Position numbers and translations under genes: made by a program. DNA of 64,000 nucleotides from Babesia bigemina (lineage: Eukaryota), in contig NC_027217.1 of NCBI RefSeq assembly GCF_000981445.1, positions 1,736,001 to 1,800,000 on the forward strand. Direction: 5' to 3'. The notes below the pieces were generated by a model that was not told the DNA's origin, did not search any database, and saw only the letters and a program-made list of their open reading frames with translations. Positions within the stretch are counted from its first letter, which is position 1, and every line of letters begins with the position of its first letter. Shown one piece after another: positions 48,167-60,357 of this stretch.

Positions 48167-50778
48167 ATGGCGAACCCGGCGCTGGCATTAGCACTGGTGG
48201 GCCGTGTAGGCCTGGCGAACATAAACGACCCCGTTGTGTTGGACTCCATCAAGGCGGAGCTCGCGGTGATCGAGGGGCAGCTCCAGGATGCCGGCGAAGT
48301 CGGCGCAGCAGCCAACAACGAGCACGTTCCAAACGTCGACCTGCACGTGAAAGGCGATGTCGGGGCGCCTGTGGCGTCCGCTGCACGCGAATCTGCAAGG
48401 AAAATACATATTACCGTGCCGGAAGTCGAGCTGCTCATGCACTTGATGCAAGAACAAAGTGATGGCGATAAGACCGCAACTATAACGAGCAGCAGGCAGT
48501 CCAAAGGCATACAACTGATAATGATCGCGCGCAATTTGCTGCAGCAGGCGAGGGACCAAACGGCCTGGTGCTCGTTGCTCAGCGACAACGAGGAGAGCGA
48601 GCAAACGAACGTCAAGTGGGAGGGAATGCCCAGACTGATTGCGCTGCTAGTTCTGACGGTCGCACTGGAAAGTAGCGCCGGAGGAAAGACTTACGTGGCG
48701 GTATCCACCCTTTCTAACCACATCCAGCAGGCGTTTCGGTACAGCTTCCAGTCACCGGAAAGCGACCTTTGCCTGATTGACCACCCAGAATGGGCAATTA
48801 ACTACATCAGGGACGTGGTGAAGAGATACTGCGCGATTTTCAAGCTGATCAAGCAGGAGATTCACAGCAACACCGACGAACTTTTTGAGGCGCTCCTGCC
48901 GGAGGCAGCCACGCTTGCCCACATGGAACAACGGCCTGATCTGCGGGAACAATTCCGGAAGCTGTGTACCGAGTTTTCGCAGCACAATTTCGTGCAGAAA
49001 TGGGCCAAGGCTTTGGCCAAGGAGGCCAGATGGTTCACCTTTACTAGGCTCCCATTGCTGGTCTACGAATACAGGATAGCCCTGTCCGACACCCTGCTGA
49101 CCATGCAGCAGGTCACCATTATCACGCGCACAGCGGACCCCAAAACCAGGCTAAACGTTTCCCAGGCGTTGTTCAACGACGACGCTAGGGCGAACATCAT
49201 CTACAGCCTGCTCAGGGCAATGACAGACCTTGCAACGACACTGAGGGACCTCGACAACACTGCTCCCTACGAGGTGTTCGCCGATTTCGACAAGAACACG
49301 ACGGTGCCGTGTTTAGCGCTCAAATGCGACGCGAACCAGCATGAAGCTCAGCTGGAATTGAACTATGAACACGACCGCGCATACGGGGCCCTGGATGCCC
49401 TCATAAGTCTTGAGAAGACGGCGGCCATTAACGTCGTCAAGAAGCTGCTAGAGGGCGAGAACATCCTGGAGGCGGTCAAGTGCAACGCAGTCACGCAAAA
49501 TAACTGGTACCTGCAGGATGGCGGGTTCCTCACGCAACCCGTGAAGACGTTCATCGCGCTGCTAAAAATCTTCGACGAGAGGTGCAAGTGTCTGGAGACG
49601 GCGAAGAGCCGCGGCGAGTTCACGACCAAGGTCATTGCGCCGATAATTAACTCCTACGTGGAGTACATCAAAGGAAAATGGAACGCCGAGGACGACGTTT
49701 TCAGGTCGTGCAGCTTAACTGCGTTCCTCATAGACGCCACGGCACTGCTCTACGAGTTCCTCCTCAGGTACCCGTACAGCCAGTACATGCCGCAGGTGGT
49801 CACAACAGTGGAAAGGGTCACGACCAAGATGATCGCCATCATTGGGGACTACGTCAACGACATCATCGAGGAGCCCTTCAGCCGCGTCCACGACAAACGG
49901 CTGGACATCATGTACTACCTACGGGATAAGATGACCCAGCTGGCAGTGCACTGCAGCCTCAAATCGTACAAGCAAATGCTGAGGCACGTGGTCGACAATG
50001 TCGAGAGGAGGCTTATGGCCGTGCTGCTGCCGCAACGTGCGAGCCAGATCATACTCAACACACCAGCTCACGTCGAAATGGCAGCGCGTAACTGGTGGGT
50101 CAACGCCAACGCCCACGTTAATATATGCCGCAGCGAGATCGTCTACAACGAACTCAAAAACCTTACCGACGCGGAGTATTGCCCGGAGGACATGCAGACC
50201 ATAGAGGTGGGTCTACATCCATGTGAGGCACAATTCCCTCAGGACGTAAAAGCGATCCTCGCGACAAACGTGAACGAGCTTGTCGATGCCGTCGAGTCGA
50301 TAAAGGGGGACGCAGCGTTTCACCCCGTGTTGAAGGATGTTAATACCAAGATATACCTGCAACGCAGAGGCGTGAGGAGCACGGAGGCAGGAACACGTTA
50401 TCTCCACACCGCGGAGACGCGAATGTGAGTGCTTCACGCAAACGTATGACTACATACCGATGCAGAATTGAAAGCTGTGGCAACGAGGCCGAAAGCACGA
50501 AGACGCTCCTCGACGACATACTGAGCCTCGAGGAGAGCGACGACAGAGAGTCGCCGCGGCTGAGCCAACCAGACAAGGCGCCGCTTAATCAGAACGAGTC
50601 TGGCGAACAAGAGGTGGCTGAGAAGGTCAAGAAGAGGTTCAAGGTGCGTCGATGTCGCGCGTCGTAACACATCATGTCGCAGGTGCAAAAGCTGGATGTC
50701 AAGCAGGTATATACGCTCTCCCTGCACGTTCTAAGCGCGCAAATCGAGCAGCAACAATTTATAGAACTCGTAAACTAA
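48167..50778 (+). CDS. RINT1/TIP20-like tethering complex subunit, multi-exon
   Basis: FRYSF...L..IDHPEW resembles the RINT1/Tip20 F.YHF....TN..DKPEW motif; helical composition. Introns 50095-50133, 50207-50242, 50425-50465 and 50644-50682 extend the frame to TAA at 50778. The 5' end is uncertain. Confidence 0.65.
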
Positions 50779-50814
50779 TAGACGACAGTCTCAGCTTGCA
50801 AATAGTCGCTGCAC

Positions 50815-51892
50815 ATGACCCGGGCAGTCCCGCACATTGTCGGCAATTTTCACTCACTGGTCTATATACGCGGTAAGACCGTCGCTACGCCGCGACACAA
50901 TCGACTGCAGTGCCCGTAGATGACGAAACACTGGTATACGCCAGGAAGGCGGCCAACTTGCTCAGGAGACTTAACTGCAGGGCCAAATTAGACGACTGCA
51001 TACCCGCCAGGACTCAAGAAAACTCGGACAGTGACGACACGGATGAGGAGGGTGCGAACCAAGGCAACGCCCATACGAAAAAGCTACCAGAACATCTCCA
51101 CCTATCACTCTGCAAGCCCGTATACCTAAAGCGGCAATTCATCAAGCCGTTCACCGACCGGCTCGAGGAGGCCTTGAGGAACGTGCGTCCGTACGTTACG
51201 CATACAGCACCACGATATTAATGAACGCAGATTCTACCTGCTGCTCGACACGAATATCGCAATATGCGCAAACGAAGAGCATAACAGCTACTTCGCGGTT
51301 CTGCCGGTGGAGGCGCAATGCCGCAAAAGATCGGTACTTGGCACCTTAATGCGCTCATCCAACATGCAGGTCGTACCTCTGATCGACGCAGTGGACAGCG
51401 TTGTGGAACTGTTCGGCTATGACCGGTATTATGAGCAGAGGCAGCCCCATGTCTCGCTGGCGGTGACTGGAGTAAGATGCAGTGTTGCAGAATATATGCC
51501 AGCAGAATCTTAAGCACGTGATGCAACGTTTATATGCGGGGCATGAAGACGGTGACGGAGACCTGTATTCATCTCATCACTGGAGGCAGGCGGAGCGCTT
51601 TTTAAACGACGCCCAGGCAGCGGATGATGCGCAGGCGCGGGATGGCGGTGCAACGGAAAACGATGCTACGGGTACCAATGGGCATAGCATCGACAACCGT
51701 GATGTAGTCGCTTCACACGACTGCGAAGGCACAAAAGAAGTGCGCTATACCTTTTACCATGGTGATCTCCTAACGCATGTTGGCGACGACGGCCCTGCGA
51801 ATCCTGAACCGTTGTGCGTATATGTCGAAGATATTCATGTGCAAGTTGGATCGCAAACTACAGTTATAAAACTGTCGAAATCAATAATATAG
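50815..51892 (+). CDS. USB1: U6 snRNA phosphodiesterase USB1 (2H family), 5 exons
   Basis: The spliced product has RAVPHIVGNFHSLVYI, HLHLSLCKPVYLK..FI.PF, ANEEH.SYF and YYEQRQPHVSLA, giving two HxS catalytic motifs. Introns 50873-50910, 51191-51230, 51334-51369 and 51472-51505. Confidence 0.87.
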
Positions 51893-52387
51893 CATGAAAC
51901 CGAATGACGCCAATCCTGTCGTGAAGCTGGCTTTCTCGACCTGAGTTCGCTTGGGATTACAAGTATAATAGGTGACCGCTGTTGCAGCTTAATTCTATCA
52001 TTACCCGTGAACACAACAATCACTTGGTAGGGAGACAGTGATCGGCGGCCGAACGACCGCTGCTACAGATAACCGCCGTATCACAGTCATTGAGGGTTGC
52101 AAAAATCATATGCATGCAATATTACCAAACGCGCACCGCGCCACGAACGCCCGCCGACAGGCAGTCGTCCCACCGGCAATAGCGCCAGACGGCATATTCC
52201 AGGAAACTAAGAAAAACGCAACGCGAAAACCGCGGCGAAATTAATGTACTGTAAAATAGAACTAGGTTGCAGACGTGCATATCTATAATAGCACCTAGAA
52301 AATACGTGGTATGTCAGAACAGCGAATCACATCCTTCGTGGTGGTCGCCGGTCTAAAATTGCATGGAGGAATTTTCGGTTGGGACGC

Positions 52388-53334
52388 TTATTTGTTCTGC
52401 TTCTTAACGTTCTTCGTCTTCTTGCCGTGCTGACCCTTCTTTCCGGGTTTAGGGCCCTTAGCGGTCTTCACCTTGGGCGCCTTCTTCGCCTCCGTCTGCT
52501 GGGTCTCGGTCTTCTCAATAACCTCTTCGATCGACTGCATCTCAGCCTCAGTCTGCTGGGTTTCGGTCTTCTCAATCACCTCCTCCGTCTTCTGCTGCTT
52601 AGCCGGCTCGGAAACAGCCTCGGTGGCCTCTTTCCCCATATTCTTAACTTCATCAATGAGCTGGACCATATCCTCGAATCCGGCCGCACCGCTCATGCGC
52701 TTGACGGGCTCGCCTCCCTTGAAGATGATCATAGTAGGCAGCATAGAAACCTTGTGGGTCGCAGCCAGGTCCTCTTCCTGCTCGATGTCCACCTGGAGAA
52801 TCAGCAGATTGTCGCGCAGGTAGCGCTCAGCAACATCGGTCTGCAAAAACATGAATGACGGGTCACATAATGCTAGAGGCGTATATTGTGAATAATATGC
52901 AACAACTAAACCATCCGTGTATTTAAACAGGCAGAAGGTAATTTATAAAACATGGAATCAAGACTATCGCGCTCGCAACCTACCAAGGTGGCCTTGAATT
53001 GACGGCATGGGCGGCACCTATAAAAATTGAACAAATCTAGCATGTTACAATCGCCTACCATTCTGCGAAAAAGTCGACGATCAGAATGCCACCGTCCTTC
53101 TTGTTGTTCTCAATCATCTGAGAAGGCATCGTCCAAAAGTACAGATAAACACACCTCATCGAACGAAGCTCCATTAGACTTGTTGTAAATCCTGACATTA
53201 GGTGGGAGTCTACGCGGTTCCTTTTTCTGCTCGCCGCCGAAAAAGAAGGCGCTACCTTCCGAGATGTAGGTGGAGGACAGCAAGAGAGCAGAGCCCAAGA
53301 GCACAACGCTACGCGTGCCGCACAAAGCCACCAT
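52388..53334 (-). CDS. Signal-peptide thioredoxin (WCRPC) with repeat/Lys-rich tail, 4 exons
   Basis: Exons 53334-53155, 53117-53059, 53017-52984 and 52840-52388 give LIVDFFAEWCRPCRQFKATLTDVAERY...QVDIE...VSMLPTMIIFKGG. Hydrophobic N-terminus VVLLGSALLLSS. Confidence 0.9.
52488..52585. repeat. Two-copy coding direct repeat, period 57 nt (EEVIEKTETQQTEA x2)
   Basis: gcctccgtctgctgggtctcggtcttctcaataacctcttc vs gcctcagtctgctgggtttcggtcttctcaatcacctcctc. Confidence 0.9.
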
Positions 53335-53494
53335 TTTGTAAATGCAAAAAATTAATAAAATTTTTTGTGACCGGTGGAAGGCAAACGCATTCACGTCGTA
53401 TGAAAGGGGTAGAGCCCCATCGTGACGGTATTCACATCAGCCGGAAAAGGCGTCAAAAACCGCCTCTGATGCCTGCAAAACATGACGAAAACCT

Positions 53495-54929
53495 TTAACA
53501 CGATTTACCTTTGAACGTTTGGGCCCACTGGCGCCTGGCCGTCCTCAACGACAGCGCCACGGGATCGTGGAATCCTGGCCGCTTGAACACATGCCGCTGA
53601 AGCCAGCAATATACCGCACCTGCGCCTAGACCGAAAAGGTGTGCTGCCCACGCAATGTTGCGCAAGCTGCCGCCGCACATGACGAAGTACAAGTTCGTCG
53701 CCACGAACACCTGACACACCTGCAGAATGCTCACCTGCATTCCGGGTATTGGGAATACGGTCCGAAAGTAGCTGCTCGGAAATGTAGACGCCAATAAATA
53801 CAGAAGGCCAGATACCGCGCCTGAGGCGCCCAAAACTGGCGTGCTGTACAGGCATACATGGCCTATGCTCGATGCCGCTGCGGACAGTAAGAACACGTTC
53901 AGAATGTCGGACGTCTGGACGCTCTTCCGACGGCTTGCAGGTCGTTCATCTGGCCAGAACAGGCGTCCCAGGCCTGATGATACCGTGCTGAGGAAACGCT
54001 CCAGAGTAGGCAGGCCAGTGTGTGGAGCTCCAGCGGGGCGCATTTGACTTGCAAATGTGTTCATTAGCTGGTGCAGCATCGCGCAGTTAAACAGCAGATG
54101 CATCAACGATGAATGGCTGACAGCTGAGGCAACATGCCAACGCACAGTACCACGCAGACCTACCACATGTCAGCAGCGTATGCCAGCGACGCAACTTCAG
54201 GGAGCTCCTCGATGCGACGAAATTGCGATTCATGAACCGAAACAACCGCGCGCTGCTGCGCCTGTCGCTTATAACCCACAGCCCGTAGACGACACCACAG
54301 CATACTAGGATTGCGTTGCCAAGCGTGGTAGCCTGCATGTTGGTCAGCCACGGCATCGCCCCCATCGACGAATACGGAGGACCGCGACCTGACGCAGGCA
54401 CCTGTTGTTCCCCTGATAAATAACGTTCCAGTCGGTTCCACCAGCCGTCGTCGCTTCCTCTCCCACCATAAAATGCATGACGCTCGCGAACGGCGCGGGA
54501 GCGAGGGCCAACACCGAAATCGATAGGAATATCTACACCATCTTCGTCGTCGTCGGGACGGGAGTCGTAGTCTGCACGGTTCTCACGCGGCGATTGTACG
54601 TCGCCATAACGTCTGTCTGCAGGCGTGTATTGATCACGAGACCGGCATAACGTAAACACGGTGCTGGCCATAAATGCGATGCGGCCGTTATATTGGTGCT
54701 CAAAAGTACCTCTTGAGCCCCAGCTAGACTTCCCGGAATCCTGCGACTGCAATACACAGAACACGGGATGTCGTCTTCCAAAAGACACCTTAGAGCCTGA
54801 ATCCGATTGCGGCGACTGACGCAGCCGTACAGCAGCCGCATTTTGCTTCAAGGTACCTATAACATGAGAATTCCACAGGGAATGGATCCTACGCCCTGTA
54901 CAAGGGCGTAGGCACAAAGACATAATCAT
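53495..54929 (-). CDS. Rhomboid intramembrane serine protease (PARL-like/organellar), at least 2 exons
   Basis: The 40 nt intron 54163-54124 joins RRWHTLLTC to AVSHSSLMHLLFN. Catalytic LGASGAV (Ser) and AWAAHLFG (His). Long N-terminal extension; start codon uncertain. Confidence 0.87.
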
Positions 54930-55349
54930 CGTGAAAAAAAGCACTTACACATCACGGCCTAAATACCGTGTTTGCCGTAGATATGACCAGCAGCACGTCC
55001 GCAGTATGGACAAAAGCTCTTATATGACGCCAAGCGCTCTGCCGGGGTAAGGTGTTGAATTAGCTTCCGCGCGGCAGCGTCTTCAACGATGAAAATGAGC
55101 GTCCGAATACACACCGCTCATCTACAAAATTTGGACCTATTCAACTTGCTAGGTGTGATAGCGCCTCGTTACTATACCGACGGCGAAGGACAATATGAAC
55201 AAGCGCCTAATCGAGCAAACATACGCGCCCATAATGTATGCAAAATAACACTGCCAAATAACACGAAAGCGATATCAACATATTAAAATCATTGCCGTGG
55301 TTGCGATAAGGTGTGGCGAAATAATGTTAACGATGCACGGCGCAAATGC

Positions 55350-55747
55350 TCAACCGGCAACCTTGGAGTCCAGCTCAGCTTTCTGACACGAATATGACTC
55401 CCAAAACAAAGGAACATACCACACGACGCACGTTGAACAATGCGGAATCCAGAGGGTAGAGGAATATCAAGAAAAACGTGCCGACGACTGCGTAGCTGTG
55501 GAGAAAGACAGGAGTCTGCAACGGCGATGAAAGCCAATCCGACAGTTGATACACATTTTCATTGATTGTATTGAGACATAGCTACCAACAAACTCACAGT
55601 TAGCACCCAGAAGGGACCCAAAAACCGACGGAAGCCGCGACCCTCGCATTCGTGCTTTGTGTAATGGCGCACGGCCTGGTGGCACGCACGGTTGCGCGGG
55701 GCAATCGCAGCCGCGCGAAATATAGAACGCAGACCTGTGGAGAACAT
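55350..55747 (-). CDS. Cryptic 92 aa spliced membrane microprotein with mitochondrial-presequence-like N-terminus, 3 exons
   Basis: Exons 55747-55598 (150 nt), 55515-55420 (96 nt) and 55382-55350 (33 nt). Introns GTGAGT..TGCAG (82 nt) and GTATGT..GTCAG (37 nt), both phase 0. Product: MFSTGLRSIFRAAAIAPRNRACHQAVRHYTKHECEGRGFRRFLGPFWVLTTPVFLHSYAVVGTFFLIFLYPLDSALFNVRRVKAELDSKVAG. Confidence 0.72.
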
Positions 55748-55891
55748 CGCGCCTAAATAGAGTGATCGCGATCCTCGGCACGCGGCACCACCACCATAGA
55801 TGAACGGATTACCGTAGACACGACACATGTTGGTTGCACAACCCAGGCGCTCAAATTCACCATATTTTGTACATTTTCGGCTATTCAAACG

Positions 55892-58001
55892 CTAAAATGT
55901 GGGCTGCCGCCAGTCCAGCTCCTTGCTGTACCGGCTTCTCCAGTACCTCGAGATGTGACGATCTGGCACGTACTTGTACTTGTGAGACTCATACCAGATG
56001 CTGTGAGTCCGCTCACGGTCAACGTTTTCCTGCTGGAAGGCGTCGTCGGGGTCGGCCGTCTGCTTCTTGAGCCACTGGTTGAAGTCGTAGTCCCCTTCGT
56101 CCCAGTCATACGCGAAGCGGTGGGCGCCGTCCTTGGACCGCACAGGCTCGTCAACGATCCCGACCCCGGCGTACACATTGCCAGCTGGCCCCAGGATCAC
56201 GTAATCCTTGTCGTTCTCACGCATGCGGATCCTTTCCTTGTCGCTCTTGTCGAGGAGCCTGCAGCACGGTCGACAGCGTAAAAAGCACGACGTACCTGCA
56301 GAAGTTCAAGGAACGAGCCACATACTCTGCGGATTCCCGATACATAGGGCCCGCCACTACCCGGTTGTATTCGCTGAATACAAACAGGTAAATGCGATAG
56401 GGCAGGCACCACCCGGGGGGCGACACAAGTTTGAGCGAGCAGAACCCATCTGTGGAACTCGCACTGCCCTCGGGATAGAACCAGAGCTGTAGGGGCTCAA
56501 TACCACCCAAGTTAAACACCGGCGAACGCAACGGCTGGCAGTAGCGCTTGGGGTGCTTCTTCGCCAGTAGCGGCACCCTGCGCTTTTATCGCGTCCGCTC
56601 ACAAAAACTCACCAGTATATCGGCCACGTGAACTGCATTCCCGCAGATATCGCATACGGGTACGCATCAGGCGAGCCTATGAATTGCACATCGAAGTAGC
56701 TGTCGACCGTCCTGTCAGGCTCGCCAAAGCCACCCTCCGCAAATGACCTGACGCAAATCCGAACCAAAAAATACAACATACCGCTTAAAGAAGTTGCGGT
56801 CGTGGTGCGTGGGCATCGGCTGCTCCCACTCGATGGAGTCGACGAACTCCTTGGTGACGCTGTTCCCGGTCTTACGAGGGCCACGCAGGATGTCGTCCGC
56901 CGGGTCAACGTCCATGTTCCAACGCAGCCGCTGCAATCGCCCTACATAATGATGTCGGAGGTATACGGCGCACGAACCCGAATCAGACCGTCGTTGCAGC
57001 TCCCTCCCGCGACCAGTGCGGTGCGCAGGGTTCACGGGGTCGAGGTACGACGGAAAGGCTGTTGGCTGCGACAGCACGTTGTGCCGCATCTCGCGCTCAC
57101 GCTTCGTCTCATCGGTGATCAGAATATCCACGTCCTCCAGATAGTCTTTCTTTATCACTTTACCCCGGCATGTCTCGTAGTACTCGTAGTCTCCGACCTC
57201 GTCGTACAGGTCGCAGAGGGCCTCCGCACCCTTCACGCAATCGGCACTGTCCGCCTCCGATATGACGGTATGGATCGAATCCAGCATAGCATCGCCGAAT
57301 CGAGGTTTAACCTCATCACCTTGCGCAGACAAGGGCTCACCGGCTTTGGGGTTCACGCCTTCGAAATCGTAGGAAGCCATCTCCCGCGGGATGGGCAACC
57401 GCCAGTTCGTGTAGTCGCCATTGAAAGCATTGCCGTCAACCACGTACAACGAGCGAGCCGCCTGCTCCCGTTCGGACTCGAAGTGCTCGTCCATCGTCTT
57501 CCGCAAATGCTCGCCGACATTGCTGCGGGTGATGTTGAAGTAGCGGTAAAAACTGCATTTTGGGTCAAGCGACTTAGCCAAGTGCTCTTCCTTGTTTAAC
57601 GCAACCTCCTTAAGCAGGCGGTGATTGTCCTCCTCGTCTAGCGATTGTGCGCAGTGCCATCGCCTCGGTAGCGCCGCGGATGCGGCATTAGCCCCGTAAC
57701 CAGCGGCGGAGATAAAAGCGTAAATGGAGCGAACGCAACGTGAATCAATGAGATTTCTACTTACTCCTAACCTGCGTGCAACAACATCCGGAACCTTTGG
57801 AACCTTGGAAGGATAAAGAACTGCATTCAAACTGAAGACGCTGCTCACTCGCGGTCGGAAGGTGTTGCGAGGTACGTGCGATACGCCCAGGCAAAAGCCA
57901 CCATGCGACTCAGTCGCCGACCACTGATCGTTAATATAAAAGTGTGACAAGAGGACGACACGTGATAACAGCAGCAACAAACGATAATACGCAACCGGCA
58001 T
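55892..58001 (-). CDS. Conserved-looking protein with signal + transit-like leader and a MATH/TRAF-like segment, 4 exons
   Basis: Exons 58001-56782, 56747-56613, 56577-56296 and 56258-55892, with 34-37 nt GT-AG introns, all in frame. FTWPI...LRSPVFNLGG...LQLWFYPEG.....FCSLKL resembles the MATH consensus. The hydrophobic N-terminus is followed by an Arg/Ser-rich stretch. Confidence 0.75.
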
Positions 58002-58832
58002 TATGGATTCCTTCGTATAGACAAGGGGCGCTCAGCGGCGCGAAGCCGACGCGTTGGCTGCGCCTATGGCGTGAAACCTACATTATACCAAAATATGTGA
58101 TTATTTACCGTGTATATACCAGCTGAGGCGCGCATATAGCGGCGTGACGAGTGCATACCCCGTCACCGCCCACACACCGCGGCAGATTAAATCTTGCCTC
58201 TAAACTGTTAAAGTCACCCAAATCAACCATAAAAGGCGCATAAGACTGTTAGGAAATCTCTAGAGGCCGAAATGTGTATTTTTTGTCCTATTGGCACACT
58301 AAGCTACGAATGGCAGCGCCCTGAAATTATATGCAGCCGCGCCAAGATGTGTCTCAGTGTCGCGATATACATGCCACAAGTGGCGTTATGTACAGAAAAT
58401 GAGGTACCGTAGCGAAATTAGTCCATATAACAGCACACTTTTGCGAAGTGGCACGGCGCATTCAGAGCAGTGGTGGACCTTGACTCTGCCGCTGCTGCTT
58501 GAAGTGCACGTAGGGACAAAAATGCATCACTGTGTGAATCAGTAACACGGCTGGATGCACAAGAAGTATCTCCAAAAGCGCACACATGCCATTGATGCTT
58601 TCCACACCACTTACAATTATTAGTTCAGCATTTGTTTCTCGCAAACGCAGCGTATTTTACGGTAGCGACATTAATCAACACCACACGCAGTAACGAAGCA
58701 TATACGATCCAAAATTGGCCGAAAACGTCGACACTTCGATTCAATAGCGGACCTGAGAGACCACGACATTTGAGGATTGGCAACAAGAAAAAAAATTTTG
58801 TTTACTATTGAAGCCACACCTCTCATAACAAA

Positions 58833-60357
58833 ATGCAGTACAAGGATGAGAATCATGCTCAGATGCATGACGTAATGGGAGCGATGCAGTATGCTAATAA
58901 TGGGCAGGCATACACAGTCCAGGAAGTAGGTATGGGGCCCAGCGGGGACGATATGCCTAAATTATACCAGGCAAATCCGTTTACTCCGAGCTTCCCGCCG
59001 CAAAAGGTTAAGAAAAACAAGGCTACGTTCCCCGCAAGCCTGTGTTGCTGCTGCTGCTGTGAGGAGGATGTATCTGGGAGAGGAATCGTACCACAGAGCA
59101 ACAAGTCGATCATTCTTAAGCCGATCAGGAGGGAACGTATTGTGGAGGTGATGAGAGAGGAGGTTCACGAACGGATAGTCAACGTTCCGCAGGTGCAGTA
59201 CGTTGACAAGTTCGTTGAGGTGCCCAAACCCGTTTTCAAATACAAGATGAAGGAGGTTAAAAGGCCGGTGATGGTGGAAAAAATCAGGCGGGTGCCCAAA
59301 ATAGTGGAGGAAGAGAAAATCATTGAAGTGCCAGAAATCCGTTACGTGGAAAAGGAAGTCACCGTTCCGCAGATTATTCAAAAGGAACGCATTGTGGAAG
59401 TGCCACTACCGGTAGTCAGGGAGAGACGCATCCCGGTGTTGAGAGTACACCGAAATGAGACCTACCAAGAAGTCGATAACATCAACTACAACGAATTCGG
59501 TACCGCCATCACCTCAGTCAGGGAAGGAGCAGAGGCGCCTAACAACACGCCCATCAAACGAAAGACGGAAGGCAGAACAAACGACGACAAATTGTATGTC
59601 GACACTAAAGTATACAATGAGACTGAACGTCCCCACAAAAGCAAACAGATGGATGAAGTCGTCAGAAGCTCCAGACCCTCTATTGCGGAAAAACCAGACT
59701 CTCCGACACACCGCAGCTCAAGGCAGACCCACGACCTAGCTCAAACCCAACAGACCAAAGACGTCAAAAGGTGGTTGCAGAATGTGAATGAGGTGAAACA
59801 GATGGTAGGCAACAATGAGAGAGAGAGCAAGCAGCCTGGTCCAGGCGTCAACGCCAGTTCTGTAGGAGTACAGGAAATCCCGTTCGACCACTTGCAGCGA
59901 ATGGAAAACAACGGCGACATGAAGCACAGCATAACCGTCACGGAAATTACATCCGGTCGTGAAGTACATCGACACTCGAAGGCGCACGATACCTATGTGC
60001 ATGACATAGTTATAGAAAATATAGGCGAAGGCGCAATCCCTGGTGATTTCCACATGCGTGAAGAACAGAAGGATGATACCGTTAGCATATATCCGAACAT
60101 CGACGCCCTCTCCATAAAATCCAATTCCAGCGATGTCAACAGACACCAACACCAGGTACACACTGAGGGAAATGCAAAGTAACGTGCATGCAGAACCACT
60201 AGTAGCAAGAGGCGCAGAAACAGCGCAGACAAACGAGCTGATAACACACAGCGAAGTACCGAATGATCTACGGGATGCGTTACATCTTCTATGCAGAGCC
60301 TTGACACCTCAAGATTCCGCAGCACTGGTTCAACTGCTGCTCAAAAATATAATCTAA
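58833..60357 (+). CDS. Inner membrane complex (IMC1/alveolin) family protein
   Basis: Val/Pro-rich alveolin repeats ERIVNVPQVQYVDKFVEVP, EEKIIEVPEIRYVEKEVTVPQ, ERIVEVP; N-terminal poly-Cys. Predicted 3' introns 60081-60130 and 60156-60193 extend the frame to TAA at 60357; unspliced, the stop is at 60182. Confidence 0.87.

Noticed and set aside
26341..51892. PRP4 and USB1 (both U6-related) in one window, as a functional cluster
   Set aside because: They are 23 kb apart with unrelated genes between them. Chance co-location is adequate in a compact eukaryotic genome.
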